Below are positions 34,923 through 44,200 of a stretch of 64,000 bases of DNA, piece after piece (positions within the stretch are counted from its first letter, which is position 1; each line of letters begins with the position of its first letter). The stretch covers positions 455,641-519,640 of the forward strand of contig CAWAOM010000006.1 of NCBI GenBank assembly GCA_963783695.1, read 5' to 3'. The stretch comes from an uncultured Gammaproteobacteria bacterium (GTDB taxonomy: Bacteria > Pseudomonadota > Gammaproteobacteria > Steroidobacterales > BM003). The position numbers were made by a program, and so were the translations under genes. The notes beneath the pieces are model-generated. The model did no database searches and was not told the origin of the DNA. It saw only the letters and a program-made list of their open reading frames with translations.

Positions 34923-36116
34923 GTGAAAACCTACGTTCTGGAACATCCCGAACACGGACGGATTACCTACACCGACCGCAAACGCTATCTGTGGCTGCTT
35001 TCCACGGCCTACCCGTTGCTGCCGTTCCTGGGCATGTATATCGCGGTCAAAACGGGTTCTGACTGGGGACTGTGGCTGCCGCTCGCGCTGGTCTATGTGG
35101 TCGTACCGATCCTCGATTTTCTGTTCGGTCAGGACCAAAGCAATCCGCCCGAGGAGCTTGTGCCGCAGCTGGAAGAGGACCGCTACTATCGCGTGCTGAC
35201 TTACCTGACGGTTCCGATGCATTTCATCGCGCTGGTCGGCGGCGCATGGTACGTCGCGACCCAGCCGATCGGTATTGGCGGTTTCATTGCTCTGGCGCTA
35301 ACCGTCGGGCTGATGAGCGGGCTGGCCATTAACACCGGTCACGAACTCGGCCACAAGTCCACAAAACTGGAGCGCTTTTTGGCCAAGGTCGTCCTGGCGG
35401 TCCCTGCCTACGGCCACTTCACGCTTGAACATACGCTCGGCCATCACGGCGCGGTCGCGACACCCGAGGACACCGCGAGTTCGCGTTTTGGCGAGTCCAT
35501 CTACAAGTTCGCCCGGCGCGAGATGCCCGGGGGCATCCGCCGCGGCTGGCAACTCGAGGCTCAGCGTCTCCAGCGCAAGGGTAGAAAAGCGTGGTCGGTT
35601 CACAATGAGATTCTGCAGTCCTATGCGCTGACGTTCGTCCTCTACACCGGCCTGATCGCGGCCTTCGGCTGGATCGTAGTGCCTTTCCTCGCGGTCCAGA
35701 CCTTTTATGCCTGGTGGCAACTTACCAGCGCAAACTATGTCGAGCATTACGGCCTGCTGCGCGAGAAAAAGGCGAATGGCCGATACGAGCGTTGCAAGCC
35801 ACACCATTCGTGGAATGCAAATCACATCTTCTCCAACGTCATCCTGTTTCATCTCGAGCGGCACTCGGATCATCACGCCTGGGCCGCCCGGCGCTACCAG
35901 TCGCTGCGCAACTTCGACAATGTCCCCGAGTTGCCCAACGGTTATTTCGGCATGTGGTCGATTGCCCTGATTCCATGGGCCTGGCGCAAGGTCATGGATC
36001 CCAAGGTTATCGAACTGGCGAAAGGAGACATGACGAAGGTGAACATCGATCCCGATGTGCGCGAACAGGTAATGGCGCGCTACCACCAAACGCGCCAGCC
36101 CGCCATGGCTGCATGA
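34923..36116 (+). CDS. alkB: Alkane 1-monooxygenase (integral-membrane di-iron hydroxylase)
   Basis: Collinear similarity to Pseudomonas putida GPo1 AlkB as I recall it. It has histidine boxes HELGHK, EHTLGHH and LERHSDHH, plus NYVEHYGL. The ORF track starts at 34863; I prefer the GTG at 34923, which is preceded by GAGGGAAG. Confidence 0.93.
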   Translation: MKTYVLEHPEHGRITYTDRKRYLWLLSTAYPLLPFLGMYIAVKTGSDWGLWLPLALVYVVVPILDFLFGQDQSNPPEELVPQLEEDRYYRVLTYLTVPMHFIALVGGAWYVATQPIGIGGFIALALTVGLMSGLAINTGHELGHKSTKLERFLAKVVLAVPAYGHFTLEHTLGHHGAVATPEDTASSRFGESIYKFARREMPGGIRRGWQLEAQRLQRKGRKAWSVHNEILQSYALTFVLYTGLIAAFGWIVVPFLAVQTFYAWWQLTSANYVEHYGLLREKKANGRYERCKPHHSWNANHIFSNVILFHLERHSDHHAWAARRYQSLRNFDNVPELPNGYFGMWSIALIPWAWRKVMDPKVIELAKGDMTKVNIDPDVREQVMARYHQTRQPAMAA

Positions 36117-36173
36117 ATTCGGAGCCGGATCGGCAACCGCAAAAGCATGACCTACACAAGACCATGCTAATTT

Positions 36174-36200
36174 AGCCCTATCTGAAGATAGGGCTTTTCC
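36174..36200 (+). terminator. Rho-independent terminator after alkB
   Basis: AGCCCTATC-TGAA-GATAGGGCT, a perfect 9-bp stem followed by TTTTCC. Confidence 0.7.
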
Positions 36201-36492
36201 TTCGGCCTACCCGAAACATCAATTCTCTTCTTCTTCGCGCCCGCGAAACCCGCCTAGGCATAATTCACTAGCCTCGCGGGACCAATCCGAATTGTCGCGT
36301 CAGCGCCACCCCCTATCCTCGAAAAACGCAATGCGCGCACTCAGAGCGCAGCGGAAACCGAACAACAGGGGAGTTTCGTGGGTTTCCTAATTAGCAGGGC
36401 AACTGAACCCGCCAGGTCACTCGACCCCGGCATCACGAATCTCCGTCATTTTTCTGCAATTCCCACACATCTTTTTGGAAGGAGGTAACGCC

Positions 36493-36846
36493 ATGGCTGC
36501 GAGACACAGAGCGCTAGCAGGCGCATTGGCCTGCGCGGTCGCCATGAGTGTTTTTGGCACCGCACAGGCTGCCGATTCGGATGGCCAGGCCCTGTTCAAG
36601 GACAACTGCAATAGCTGTCACGGCGATGGGTCGCCAAACGGTGAATACACACCGATGACGTTGATACAGGATCAGTGGACGCGCTTTTTCGAGCGCAAGT
36701 TCGAGCGCACCCACAAAGACGTCATGGATCCGGCCAACGGCAATCGCCCGGTAACCGAAACCATCTCACCCGAGGAACTGGAGGCGATCAAGAAATTTGC
36801 CGTGGATCACGCCGCCGACTCCGAAAACCCGATGACCTGTGGTTAA
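36493..36846 (+). CDS. Small periplasmic monoheme c-type cytochrome
   Basis: The ORF at 36475 was trimmed to the ATG at 36493, which has GGAGG about 8 nt upstream. It has a signal peptide (..AMSVFGTAQA/AD) and a single CNSCH heme motif near the mature N-terminus. The precursor is 117 aa. Confidence 0.8.
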   Translation: MAARHRALAGALACAVAMSVFGTAQAADSDGQALFKDNCNSCHGDGSPNGEYTPMTLIQDQWTRFFERKFERTHKDVMDPANGNRPVTETISPEELEAIKKFAVDHAADSENPMTCG

Positions 36847-36860
36847 AAAAGGGGACAATC

Positions 36861-38645
36861 ATGTTACGCAAAAGCATCTTTACCGCAGTCGCAGCGCTGG
36901 CGGTGATCATGGGTGCGCCACCGCCTGCTGCGTGGGCGGACTCCGATGAACTGAGCATGGAGGAACTGACTCAGCAGGTCGAAGCCATGCAAGCGCAAAT
37001 GGCCGTGTTGATGCAACGCCTCGAAGCCATGCAGCAGGAAGGCGAAGGCCTGCGCGAGGAAACCACCGTCCTGACCGAGGACATGGAGGACATGGACGAC
37101 CGGATGATGGTCGCCGAACGCCATGCGGTACTCGACAAGGTCAGGTTCAGTGGCGACTTCCGGACCCAGGTGCACTCGATCCAGGGCTCGATGATCGACC
37201 GGATCGACGGCATCAATGTGCAAAAAGACCTGGTCAATACGCTGTTTTTCTTCGGCGCGACAGGCTCGCCGCCGCAAACGCCGGACCTGAGCGATGTCGA
37301 CTCTTTCATACAGAACAATTACGACGACTATCTCTACTATCTCGACAACGTCGTCAGCTTCGACTTTATTCAGCAACAGGTTGGCGGACTGATGGAGCAG
37401 AATCCCGACATGGCTAACCAGCTGCTGCAGTTGCTGGCATCGCAGCAGGACAGCTTCATCGAGGGTTATGACCACGACAACGACATCGTCTACACCAGCC
37501 GGCTGCGCTTCCGCACCCAGGCCGACGTGGCCGAAGACGTTGTCTTCGACGGCCGCCTGTCGATGTACAAGGTCTGGGGCGACTCGACCGGCGTGCAGGT
37601 ATTCAACGGTCAGCCGACGTCGATCAACTGGGACGGCACCACATCCAACGTGCCGAATTCCGATATTCTCCGGGTCGAGCGCGCCTACTTTACCTGGAGC
37701 GATATTGCCGACCTGCCGATGTATCTCTCTGTCGGCCGCAGACCCTCGACAGGTGGTGTCCCGCTGAACTTCCGTGAAGACGAGCCACGCGGCGGCACGC
37801 CGATCGGCTCGTTGTTCAATTATCAGTTCGACGGTATCACCTGGGGCTATCACCTGAGCGATATCTCGACGTTCCGTATCTGCTACGGCCTTGGTTACGA
37901 GTCCGAGTGGGGTAATGGCAGCGAATATTTCGATTCGAACAATCGGCTCGACGACGCCTGGTTTATCGGCGCCGTCTGGGATGTATGGGACACCGACCGG
38001 ATGTTCGTCCAGTTGAATGCCGCCACGGCCCAGGATATTACCGATGGATTCAATGGCACCGTCGTGATTCCGTTCGACCCGGTCTCGGGTCAGAGCGCAC
38101 CGGCGCCGGCGGTAATCCGCTACACGCCGACCGACAACATTGGTGACATGAATCTCGCCGGCGTAGTGGTCGTGCGTCACGACGGACCGTTCGATTACTT
38201 CGCGAGCCTCAACTACAGCGAATCCGACCCGCAGAATGTCACGACGCCGTTCGGCGGACTGTTCGCGGATCCTTTTGACACGCCTGATGACGAAAACGGC
38301 CACATGTACTACCTCGGTGGGCGCTACAATTTCCCCAACGGCGTAACGAAGCTGGGTCTCGAGTTCAACCATGGTTCGAAGTACTGGTTCAACTTCGCGC
38401 TGGCCGAGGACGACTTTTTCGCCCCCAAGACCAGCACCCGCGGCGACGTGTGGGAGGTCTATCTCACGCACCGAATCCGCGACCGTTTCATCGTGAAGCT
38501 GGACTACATGTATTACGACTATGACTACTCCGGTTCCGGCTGGTTGCTGGGCGCACCGAAAGACGTGGACGATCTCAATATTCACGCCACTCCGGTCTAC
38601 GAAGATGCCAGCAAGGTCATGGCGAGCTTCCACGCACGCTTCTAG
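36861..38645 (+). CDS. Outer-membrane beta-barrel protein with N-terminal periplasmic coiled coil (resembles my recollection of the DUF3373 family)
   Basis: The ORF at 36675 was trimmed to the ATG at 36861, 14 nt after the cytochrome stop and preceded by AAAGGGG. It has a signal peptide (..PPAAWA/DS) and a heptad-repeat Met/Gln/Glu-rich segment. About 500 aa of alternating aromatic/polar strands follow, ending ...SFHARF (the C-terminal Phe OMP signature). Confidence 0.7.
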   Translation: MLRKSIFTAVAALAVIMGAPPPAAWADSDELSMEELTQQVEAMQAQMAVLMQRLEAMQQEGEGLREETTVLTEDMEDMDDRMMVAERHAVLDKVRFSGDFRTQVHSIQGSMIDRIDGINVQKDLVNTLFFFGATGSPPQTPDLSDVDSFIQNNYDDYLYYLDNVVSFDFIQQQVGGLMEQNPDMANQLLQLLASQQDSFIEGYDHDNDIVYTSRLRFRTQADVAEDVVFDGRLSMYKVWGDSTGVQVFNGQPTSINWDGTTSNVPNSDILRVERAYFTWSDIADLPMYLSVGRRPSTGGVPLNFREDEPRGGTPIGSLFNYQFDGITWGYHLSDISTFRICYGLGYESEWGNGSEYFDSNNRLDDAWFIGAVWDVWDTDRMFVQLNAATAQDITDGFNGTVVIPFDPVSGQSAPAPAVIRYTPTDNIGDMNLAGVVVVRHDGPFDYFASLNYSESDPQNVTTPFGGLFADPFDTPDDENGHMYYLGGRYNFPNGVTKLGLEFNHGSKYWFNFALAEDDFFAPKTSTRGDVWEVYLTHRIRDRFIVKLDYMYYDYDYSGSGWLLGAPKDVDDLNIHATPVYEDASKVMASFHARF

Positions 38646-38655
38646 GAGCAGAAAA

Positions 38656-40116
38656 ATGGCATTCCGTCTCCTCGTAACAATCCTGATTACAGCCACGATG
38701 AGCACGGCTGTGCAGGCAGAGCCGAAACAGTGGCGTCACGCCAAATTTTTCGACGAGTACGAAGGCACCAGCACATGCCTGAGATGCCACGAAGAGGAGG
38801 CGGAGTCTTTCTTCCATAGCCAGCACTACCAGTGGCGCGGTGAGACTCCCGCCGTCGTAAACAGCGACGGCGAGGGTCTCGGTAAACTATCGATGATTAA
38901 CGATTTCTGCACCAACCCGAGCGGTAAGCAGTGGATCGGCAAGGTCAAGAACGCGGATGGCAAAACGCTCGCCAAAGGATGCTCCACCTGCCATGCCGGT
39001 CTCGGCAAGGTGCCCGCTCGCGAAGTCAGTCGTGAGCAACTGGAAAATATCGACTGCCTGATCTGTCACAACTCCGGCTATCGGCGAGACCTGTACGCAA
39101 ACGACGACGGCAGTTGGGAGTGGCGGCCGATACTGTGGAAAAACAAGGAAGGCATGAACGCAGTCGGTCAGCGTGTATCTCTGCCGAACCGAACCATGTG
39201 TCTGCGTTGTCATTCAGCCTCAGGCGGCGGTCCGAATTACAAACGCGGCGACCTCGAATACATTCTCAAGGACCCGCCGCGTAAACACGATGTGCACATG
39301 GCGACGAATGCCAACGGCGGCCCCGACCTGTTGTGCATCGACTGTCATGGCGGTGACGGCCACCGCGTCCTCGGCCGCGGCGTCGATCTCGCCGCAAGCG
39401 ACAGCCCGGACCAACGCCTGTCCTGCGAGGGCAGCTGCCACGGCAGCACCCCACACAAGGTCGCAGCCCTGGACGGCCATACCAGCCGTGTCTACTGCAC
39501 CACCTGTCATATCCCGCGGTTCGCGAAAAGCGAACCCACCGATATGTTCCGCGACTGGTCCAATATTTCGTTCTCCGAGGAAAAGGGAAAATACACCTAC
39601 AGCGTGCGGCGACTGGAAGCGGACGTGGAACCGGAATACGCCTGGTTCAATGGCGAAAGCTGGTTGCAGCTTGCGGGCAAACCCGTACGCCGCGACAAAA
39701 ACGGAATCATCGAAATGGTCCTGCCGGAAGGCTCCCGCGATGATCCGGATGCGCGCATCGTCGGCTTCAAGGTACACCAATCGATGATGCCGGTATTGAA
39801 GGGCAAGGACTGGCTGCTGCCGATTCACACCGAAGAGGTCTATGCAGACGGCAACGTCGACAAGGCTGTACGCGAAGCGGCGCGTGAATTCTACGGGCTC
39901 GAAAACATCGATTATTCATGGCAAGAAACCAAACGTTACATGGGTATCTACCATGGCGTCGCTCCGGCGGAAGAAGCACTCCGGTGTCTCGATTGTCATG
40001 GCCCGGATGGGCGAATGAAGTGGACCCAACTCGGCTATGAAGGCGATCCGCTAGAGCAACGCTTCGGCAGCGCAGCCGGCGGGGCAACCGAGACCTCCAT
40101 CGCCGCAAAGAACTGA
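38656..40116 (+). CDS. Octaheme c-type cytochrome (7 CXXCH + 1 CX3CH), Sec-exported
   Basis: The ORF at 38521 was trimmed to the ATG at 38656, 10 nt after the barrel gene stop and preceded by AGGAG. It has a signal peptide (..MSTAVQA/EP). The heme motifs are CLRCH, CSTCH, CLICH, CLRCH, CIDCH, CEGSCH, CTTCH and CLDCH. Confidence 0.85.
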   Translation: MAFRLLVTILITATMSTAVQAEPKQWRHAKFFDEYEGTSTCLRCHEEEAESFFHSQHYQWRGETPAVVNSDGEGLGKLSMINDFCTNPSGKQWIGKVKNADGKTLAKGCSTCHAGLGKVPAREVSREQLENIDCLICHNSGYRRDLYANDDGSWEWRPILWKNKEGMNAVGQRVSLPNRTMCLRCHSASGGGPNYKRGDLEYILKDPPRKHDVHMATNANGGPDLLCIDCHGGDGHRVLGRGVDLAASDSPDQRLSCEGSCHGSTPHKVAALDGHTSRVYCTTCHIPRFAKSEPTDMFRDWSNISFSEEKGKYTYSVRRLEADVEPEYAWFNGESWLQLAGKPVRRDKNGIIEMVLPEGSRDDPDARIVGFKVHQSMMPVLKGKDWLLPIHTEEVYADGNVDKAVREAAREFYGLENIDYSWQETKRYMGIYHGVAPAEEALRCLDCHGPDGRMKWTQLGYEGDPLEQRFGSAAGGATETSIAAKN

Positions 40117-40141
40117 CTCGATTGCATTGGTTTACAATCGT

Positions 40142-40174
40142 CCCGGGCGCTACCACTGTGGCGCCCGGGTTTTT
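40142..40174 (+). terminator. Rho-independent terminator after the octaheme cytochrome gene
   Basis: CCCGGGCGC-(10 nt)-GCGCCCGGG followed by TTTTT, starting 25 nt after the stop codon. Confidence 0.7.
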
Positions 40175-40187
40175 CGTGGGGGTCTTC

Positions 40188-41252
40188 ATGCGCAAGGTAT
40201 TGCTGGTCGCGGTCCTGATCGGAGCTACGATAGCGGCATTCGCGCTGGTGCCGGGCCGGGTTGACCCGGCTGCCTGGCTGCCTCCTCCGGCGCCGCCGCT
40301 TGGCGGCGCCTTTGCCCCCAACGACTCGCTCAAAAGTGCCGAGCTTCTTGCGCTCGGCCAGGTTTATGGTCCCGAGGACGTCGCGGTTGATGACGAGGGC
40401 CGGGTTTACGGCGGTACCCAGGACGGAAAAATCATCCGCGTACTGGCTGACGGCGCGGTCGAGACCTTCGCGGAGACAGGTGGCCGGCCGCTCGGCCTGC
40501 ACTTCGACGGCGCAGGCAATCTGATCGTTGCCGATGCCTATCGCGGCCTACTATCACTCAGCCCGGGCGGCGACATCGCCGTTCTGACAACGGCCGCCGA
40601 TGGCGTCCCATTCGGCTTCACCGACGATCTCGATATCGGCAGCGACGGCACGATCTATTTCAGCGATGCAAGCAGTAAATTCGACCAGGCCGAATACATG
40701 CTGGACCTGCTCGAAATGCGTCCGCACGGACGACTGCTGGCTTACTATCCCGCAACCGGCGAGACCCGCGTATTACTAGATAGCCTGTACTTCGCCAACG
40801 GTGTCGCACTGTCGCGGGACGAGTCCTTTGTGCTCGTCAACGAAACCTGGGCATACCGGATCCGGCGGCTGTGGCTGCGCGGCGACAGGGCCGGCACCTC
40901 TGACGTTTTCGTCGACAACCTGCCCGGGTTCCCGGACGGAATCTCGGCCAACCGCAATGGCCGGTTCTGGCTGGCACTGCCGACCACGCGGCTGACCAGC
41001 ATCGACAGAATGCATCCGCACCCGTGGATCAAACGGCTCTCGTCACGCCTGCCGGATTGGCTCAAACCGAAACCCGTCGCATATGGACTCGTGGCGGAAC
41101 TCGACGAACAGGGGAATGTACTTGCCAGCTACCATGACAGCGATGGCCTCCACCTCCAGGAAATCACCTCGGTGGAGGAGCACGGTGGCTACGTCTACCT
41201 CGGCACGCTGCACGGAGACCGCATCGGCCGGCTGAAACTGCCCGAACGTTAG
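40188..41252 (+). CDS. Membrane-anchored strictosidine-synthase-like / SMP-30-gluconolactonase-type six-bladed beta-propeller protein
   Basis: The ORF at 40122 was trimmed to MRKVLLVAVLIGATIAAFALV (N-terminal anchor). Motifs GPEDVAVDDEGRVY, GRPLGLHFDGAGNLIVADA, FTDDLDIGSDGTIYFSDAS and YFANGVALS are typical of the family. Confidence 0.75.
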   Translation: MRKVLLVAVLIGATIAAFALVPGRVDPAAWLPPPAPPLGGAFAPNDSLKSAELLALGQVYGPEDVAVDDEGRVYGGTQDGKIIRVLADGAVETFAETGGRPLGLHFDGAGNLIVADAYRGLLSLSPGGDIAVLTTAADGVPFGFTDDLDIGSDGTIYFSDASSKFDQAEYMLDLLEMRPHGRLLAYYPATGETRVLLDSLYFANGVALSRDESFVLVNETWAYRIRRLWLRGDRAGTSDVFVDNLPGFPDGISANRNGRFWLALPTTRLTSIDRMHPHPWIKRLSSRLPDWLKPKPVAYGLVAELDEQGNVLASYHDSDGLHLQEITSVEEHGGYVYLGTLHGDRIGRLKLPER

Positions 41253-41286
41253 GCCGGACATCGGCTAAAGCCGGCCCAACAGAGTG

Positions 41287-44200
41287 CTACCCGGCCTTGC
41301 GCCGGGAGCGCAAAAACCGGCGCAGGGCTTTCGCCGTGTGCGAACCAGAGCGTGTTTTCGCTACCTGCTCGGGGGTACCCGAAGCGACGATCCGACCGCC
41401 GTCCGCTCCGCCTTCCGGGCCCAGATCGAGCACCCAGTCGGCTTCCGCCACGACATCGAGGTTGTGCTCGATCACAACGACGGAATTACCGGCATCCACC
41501 AGTCGATGCAATACCGTAATAAGTTTTTCCACATCGGCCATGTGCAGACCCACAGTGGGCTCATCAAGAACGTAAAGACACGGCTTGCTGCGGCGACCTC
41601 GCGGGCCCGGCAATTCGGGCCGCGCTTTGGCCAGTTCGGTAACCAGTTTGATGCGCTGCGCCTCCCCTCCGGACAAGGTCGGACTTGGCTGGCCGAGGGT
41701 CAGATAGCCGAGACCGACATCCTTCATCAACTGCAGCGCATGGCTGACCTTGGGATGCACCGCAAAGAACTCGACGGCTTCGTCGACGCTCATCGCGAGC
41801 ACCTCCCCGATATTGCGGCCGCGAAAGACCACCTCGAGCGTTTCCGCAGCGAAACGCGCGCCGCGGCAAACCTCGCAGCCGACACGAACATCTGGCAGAA
41901 AACTCATCTCGATCCGTTTTACACCCTGCCCCTCGCAGGCCGAACATCGTCCGCCCGAAACGTTGAACGAAAAACGTCCCGGCGAATAACCGCGCAATCG
42001 CGCTTCTTCAGTTCGGGCGAACAGACGTCGTACCTCATCCCAGATTCCGACATACGTGGCGGGACAGGACCGCGGCGTTTTCCCGATCGGCGTTTGGTCG
42101 ACCTCGAGAATACGCCCGAGACCGTTCCAGCCCTCGATCGCCCGACAACCTGCAAGCTTCGGTTTTCTGCCCGATTTCGCTTTCCGAGCAAGCAGCCCCC
42201 TGACATTGCGATGCAGGACATCACGCACAAGCGTACTCTTGCCACTGCCGCTGACACCCGTCACGCACACAAGCGCGGCAAGCGGAAATCGCACATCGAC
42301 ATCGGACAAATTATGAAGTGACGCTGCCACGATAGTGAGCCCCGTCGCAGCGTTATCGCCATTGATCTCGCGGCGCGTCCCGCGCAGTGGATGGCGCAAT
42401 GGCGCGGCCATCATGCGGCCGGTGACGGAGTCGGGGTCACGCAGCAATTCCTCGATGGTGCCGGCCGCAACGACTTCGCCGCCGCGAACACCCGCGCCCG
42501 GCCCAAGATCGATGACATGCCGGGCCCGCCGGATCGTATCCTCGTCGTGCTCCACGACCACAACAGTGTTGCCTTTGCGCGCAAGACGCTCCAGCGCGTC
42601 GAGCAGCCTGCGATTGTCACGGGTATGAAGACCGATGGTCGGCTCGTCCAGGATGTAACAGACACCGCGAAGATTCGATCCGAGTTGAGCGGCAAGTCGA
42701 ATACGCTGTGCTTCGCCACCCGACAATGTCGGCGCCGCCCGATCCAGCCCGAGGTAGCCAAGCCCGACCTGGTTTAAAAATTTCAGGCGGGTCCTCAGTT
42801 CGGCAAGAATGTCGCGCGCAATTTCGCGATCACGGGCCGCCAGACGAAGGCGCGCGAAACGCCGCTCCGCCTGCGCCACCGACAGCGCGGTCATTTCCGT
42901 GATACTGACATCCTGATAACGAATCGCGCGCGCCTCGCGATTCAGTCTCGCGCCGTCGCAAACACTGCAAACCGCATGTTCCGTGCCCGCCTCATCGCTG
43001 AGCCACATATTCTCTTCGCCGCTTTGTTCGGCATCAAAGTCCTGCAGTTGCAAGCCGGTCCCAAAACAGGCCGGACACCAGCCATGGCGGGAGTTAAACG
43101 AAAACAACCGCGGGTCTGGCTCCGCAAAACTGCTGGCGCAACCCGGGCAGGAGCGGTTTATCGAAAACAGATTGTCGGCTTTCCTGCGCCCGCTCGCGGC
43201 GCAAACCAGGACATTGCCCTTGCCAATCTGCAGCGCGGCATCCAGCAGCGCACCCAGCCTCGCGTCGTTGCCAGGCGTGACGTCTACCTCGCCAACGGGC
43301 AGTTCAATGTCGTGCTCCCTGAAGCGGTCAAGCCGCGGCCATGGCTGTACCGGCACCATATCGCCGTCGACGCGCAATTCCGCGTACCCCCGCGACTCCG
43401 CCCAGCGCGCCAGGTCGGTGTAGTAGCCCTTGCGCGCAACCACCAGCGGTGCCAGGACTCGCACCTTGCGGCCACGGTACTTTCTGAGTATCCCCGCCCG
43501 GATCTGGTCGCGCGTCTGGGGTTCGATCGGCAGGTCGCAATCGGGGCAGTACTGCGTGCCGAGCTTGACGAACATCAGGCGGAGAAAGTGATATATCTCG
43601 GTTAACGTTGCGACGGTGCTTTTGCGTCCGCCGCGACTGGTTCGTTGTTCAATTGCCACGGTTGGAGGAATACCGGTGATTGCATCGACGTCCGGGCGGC
43701 TGGCCGGTTGCACAAACTGGCGGGCGTAAGCATTCAGGGACTCGAGATAACGGCGCTGGCCTTCGGCAAACAGGATGTCGAAGGCAACCGTGCTCTTGCC
43801 GCTGCCACTGACGCCGGTAATGACGGTAAAGCCGTCGCGCGGAATATCGAGATCGACGTTTTTGAGGTTGTGCTCGCGCGCATTGCGGACAGAAATCATG
43901 GCGTTGCGGTCAGCCGAATACGCTGTCGCCGCTTCGGCGACGCTGCGCGGCAGTCGCGCCCGGTCAGCCAGTTCTTGTTGCGAGATACGGTACGCGGCGA
44001 GCGCGCGACCGGTTTGACTCGCCGCGCAGTCAAGTAAATCCGCGACCGTTCCGGCAAAGACCAGTTCGCCCCCGCCCTCGCCGCCTTCCGGACCGAGATC
44101 AATTACCCAGTCGGCCGCGCCAATGACATCGAGATTGTGTTCAATAACAACGATTGCATGACCATCGTCCAGCAGCTGATCAAATGCCCAAAGCAGCCGT

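Noticed and set aside
36864-38705. 613-aa minus-strand ORF covering the whole barrel gene.
   Set aside because: It is antisense to a gene with a signal peptide, RBS, operon spacing and an OMP C-terminus. Its own translation is R/V/D/H-rich with no start context or motifs.
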